DNA of 64,000 nucleotides, from positions 125,935 to 189,934 of the forward strand of contig CAYWDX010000001.1 in the NCBI GenBank assembly GCA_964456235.1, read 5' to 3'. This DNA is from an uncultured Candidatus Saccharibacteria bacterium. Its GTDB lineage: Bacteria > Patescibacteriota > Minisyncoccia > UBA6257 > 2-01-FULL-56-20. A model generated the notes under the pieces. The model had not been told where the DNA came from, searched no databases, and saw nothing but the letters and a program-made list of their open reading frames with translations. Of the stretch, positions 63,539 to 64,000 are shown in pieces (position 1 is the first letter of the stretch; every line of letters starts with the position of its first letter). The translations under genes and the position numbers were made by a program.

Positions 63539-64000
63539 CTAGAGTCGCACCCAGCCTGCCGGCACCACATCGCGCTCCAAGGCGGGGTCGGCATACCACT
63601 GCTTCGGCGCCACGATTATTTTCTTGTCGTTTACATTCAGCCACGCGCCCCACCACGAGAAGGTGCTGTTCGCGACAATGTTGTGCTTGCATCGCGACAT
63701 CAGTTCAAGATGGAAGGCATCGTTGGGGCCCGCCGCTTCCGCCGGGACCAATGTCATCGGATACGGGAGCTTGAGGTGTCCGCGGCACCATGCGACGTCG
63801 TCCGAAAAAATAAAAAAGTGCGGCCGCTCCACACGTTCGGCAATGTATTTTGCCGCGCGGTCATAATAGGAGAGGTCCATTTTCCCATGCAACGCTTCGA
63901 CGTTTTTCATTGAGACGAAATCTCCGCGCCGCACGTGCACCGAAACCGACGTGAATCCGGCTTCGTCCATGGCGTTCGCAATCGCAAGCGCCTCGCCCCG
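63539..64000 (-). CDS. second family-11 glycosyltransferase paralog (C-terminal part; N-terminus beyond window end)
   Basis: VHVRRGDFV and ...NSTFSWWGAWLN... match the neighbouring GT11; the ORF is open at the window edge. Confidence 0.75.
   Translation of the reverse strand, partial: RGEALAIANAMDEAGFTSVSVHVRRGDFVSMKNVEALHGKMDLSYYDRAAKYIAERVERPHFFIFSDDVAWCRGHLKLPYPMTLVPAEAAGPNDAFHLELMSRCKHNIVANSTFSWWGAWLNVNDKKIIVAPKQWYADPALERDVVPAGWVRL

Noticed and set aside
1-64000. CRISPR arrays, rRNA genes, IS/transposase genes
   Set aside because: No regularly spaced direct repeats, no 16S/23S/5S signatures and no transposase-like ORFs were seen anywhere in the window.

Overview
This 64 kb window is a gene-dense stretch of a high-GC bacterial chromosome, read by eye at roughly 55-60% GC. 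Gene content (short IF-2, short Rel, DprA with a type IV pilus, many small genes, compact overlaps) is consistent with a reduced-genome lineage such as Patescibacteria/CPR; that placement is inference only. Main blocks, left to right: (i) a type IV pilus operon (pseudopilin, pilC, pilB, major pilin with an attenuator-like terminator), followed by a 984-aa secreted LCAT-like lipase/acyltransferase with a C-terminal peptidoglycan-binding domain; (ii) a housekeeping block (dprA-topA, short rel, parAB, rbfA-infB, uppP plus PAP2, rpsR, secE-nusG, gyrB, an M3 peptidase, apbE, htpX-lemA, groES-groEL with an intact CIRCE operator, trxB-grx, dsbA) interspersed with seven tRNA genes; (iii) a conspicuous ~4.4 kb AT-rich island inserted directly at the 3' end of tRNA-Ser(GCT). 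The island carries a translationally coupled EcoRI-methylase-family N6-adenine MTase and a DUF262(ParB-like)+HNH nuclease, a divergent higB-higA module in which the HigA antitoxin is fused to an ImmA/IrrE (COG2856) metallopeptidase domain, and a DUF2188-like ORF behind a consensus sigma70 promoter; (iv) a large pilin-NHL beta-propeller fusion protein and a PcsB-like coiled-coil plus Cys-peptidase secreted protein; (v) a ~19 kb Wzx-dependent surface-glycan cluster running to the window end, with a CDP-sugar branch (rfbF, TylC3-like C-methyltransferase, Gfo/Idh/MocA oxidoreductase), a UDP-GlcA/UDP-Xyl branch, an embedded NUDIX-like hydrolase, and two GT11 fucosyltransferase paralogs flanking an FkbM methyltransferase. 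The island MTase-nuclease pair is the strongest candidate for an undescribed defence system. No CRISPR array, rRNA or integrase was seen. The ORF track labels TTG/GTG starts as M, so several starts were adjusted by eye; several long ORFs in the track are antisense artefacts of high-GC coding DNA.
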